64,000 nt of DNA from Bdellovibrionales bacterium (GTDB lineage Bacteria > Bdellovibrionota > Bdellovibrionia > Bdellovibrionales > Bdellovibrionaceae): assembly GCA_031370005.1 (NCBI GenBank), contig JANMPT010000050.1:1-64000 (forward strand), in the 5' to 3' direction. A model generated the notes under the pieces. It was given only the letters and a program-made list of their open reading frames with translations, did no database searches and was not told the origin of the DNA. Position 1 is the stretch's first letter. Each line of letters begins with the position of its first letter. Of this stretch, positions 62,896 through 64,000 are shown piece by piece. Made by a program: the position numbers and the translations under genes.

Positions 62896-63539
62896 ACGAC
62901 TACGAAAAGTTAATTGAAAAGATACTCAATCACTTTGCTGGAGATAATTTCAAAGCAGAACTTTCTAGCGCAAAAAAAGAATTTTTCGAAAACTCTGGGA
63001 CTTTGGATGAGCATGCTGAGTATTATGAGCTTCGCATGTCTCAGTTTTATGATTGGTATTTTTTCACCAGGGAATTGAGCGGCTATGGTCAAACTCCATT
63101 AGAGGCTTGTTTGCTTGAGCGTGAGCTGCGTTTTTCTGATGAAGAAATGAAACAGCTCGAAGTTTTAAAGCAAAATCGCCATTCTATTTTTGAGTTTAGT
63201 AAAACCAAAGGGGTCGATATATACATTAAAGATCTTTTGGCGAATAAAAAATTAATCGTGAAATCTTCTCCTTGGGTTTTTGGTTTTGCCGAGGAGGAGC
63301 TTTTTGAAGCACGTTTGATTCCACATGGTGATAATTTTGTTTTTACTCGTGGATTCTGCTTTCATCCAGAGCTTGCAAAGAAGTTTATATTGGAGGAAGT
63401 AAAACGTCACCGCAAGGATCCAGATTTGGATCCGGACTTTATGATGCTTCGTATGATTAAAATGCGTTTTAAGTATGAGCAATACAAACACGTAAATCCT
63501 GAGATGATATACACCAACGACGGAAAGCTAGGTTTGTAG
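62892..63539 (+). CDS. Hypothetical protein between carA and carB
   Basis: 215-aa ORF with ATGA overlap to carA. Confidence 0.75.
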   Translation: MNDYEKLIEKILNHFAGDNFKAELSSAKKEFFENSGTLDEHAEYYELRMSQFYDWYFFTRELSGYGQTPLEACLLERELRFSDEEMKQLEVLKQNRHSIFEFSKTKGVDIYIKDLLANKKLIVKSSPWVFGFAEEELFEARLIPHGDNFVFTRGFCFHPELAKKFILEEVKRHRKDPDLDPDFMMLRMIKMRFKYEQYKHVNPEMIYTNDGKLGL

Positions 63540-63563
63540 AGTTCGCTAATAAAGGAGACTTTC

Positions 63564-64000
63564 TTGCCTCGTAGAGCTGATATAAAAAGAGTCTTAATTA
63601 TTGGTAGTGGGCCAATTGTTATTGGCCAAGCCTGTGAGTTTGATTACTCGGGGACTCAGGCCTGTAAGGCTTTGATGAAAGAGGGCCTCGAGGTTATTCT
63701 CGTAAACTCCAATCCTGCCACTATAATGACAGATCCAGAAGTAGCCACTCGTGTTTATGTGGAGCCTCTTAAGATCGATTTTCTCGAAAAAATTATTGCT
63801 AAAGAGCGACCGGATGCAGTGATTCCGACTTTAGGTGGTCAAACAGCTTTGAATCTAGCGCTGGAGCTTCATAAACACGGCATTCTTGAAAAATATAAGG
63901 TTGAACTTCTTGGCGCAACTCCGAAGGTGATTGAAGCAGCTGAGGATCGCGAGGCCTTTCGTGGAATTTTAGATAAGGTATGTGCAAAATATCCTAAGAG
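63564..64000 (+). CDS. carB: Carbamoyl-phosphate synthase large subunit (5' part, runs off the window)
   Basis: TTG after AAGGAG; translates [34 protein letters not shown]...[11 protein letters not shown]. Confidence 0.97.
   Translation, partial: MPRRADIKRVLIIGSGPIVIGQACEFDYSGTQACKALMKEGLEVILVNSNPATIMTDPEVATRVYVEPLKIDFLEKIIAKERPDAVIPTLGGQTALNLALELHKHGILEKYKVELLGATPKVIEAAEDREAFRGILDKVCAKYPK

Overview
Gene-dense bacterial chromosomal window. Gene content and order point to a Bdellovibrio-like predator (Bdellovibrionota); this is an inference from the Agl/Glt-type cluster, Flp pilins, triple lepB and many secreted proteins. It is mostly core genome: folD, pal-cpoB-tsaD-rsmA-smpB, lplA, nnr-engB-kdsB-pyrG-kdsD-kdsC, a complete Glt/Agl-type trans-envelope motor cluster, lptC/A-lptB-rpoN-hpf, metK-lepA-lepB x3 and pyrB-carA-carB (partial). 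It also holds a Flp/Tad pilin cassette and many uncharacterised envelope or secreted proteins. The most notable accessory element is a translationally coupled three-gene operon at 27571-29506 behind an AT-rich leader. It encodes a tandem DUF3467-like protein, an Xre/MbcA-ParS-like antitoxin with a long N-terminal extension, and a RES-domain toxin, and is a candidate tripartite toxin-antitoxin or anti-phage system. Several sigma54- and sigma28-like promoters and a recurrent intergenic palindrome are visible. No rRNA, tRNA, CRISPR array, integrase or transposase was recognised. All calls are by eye from motifs; no searches were run.
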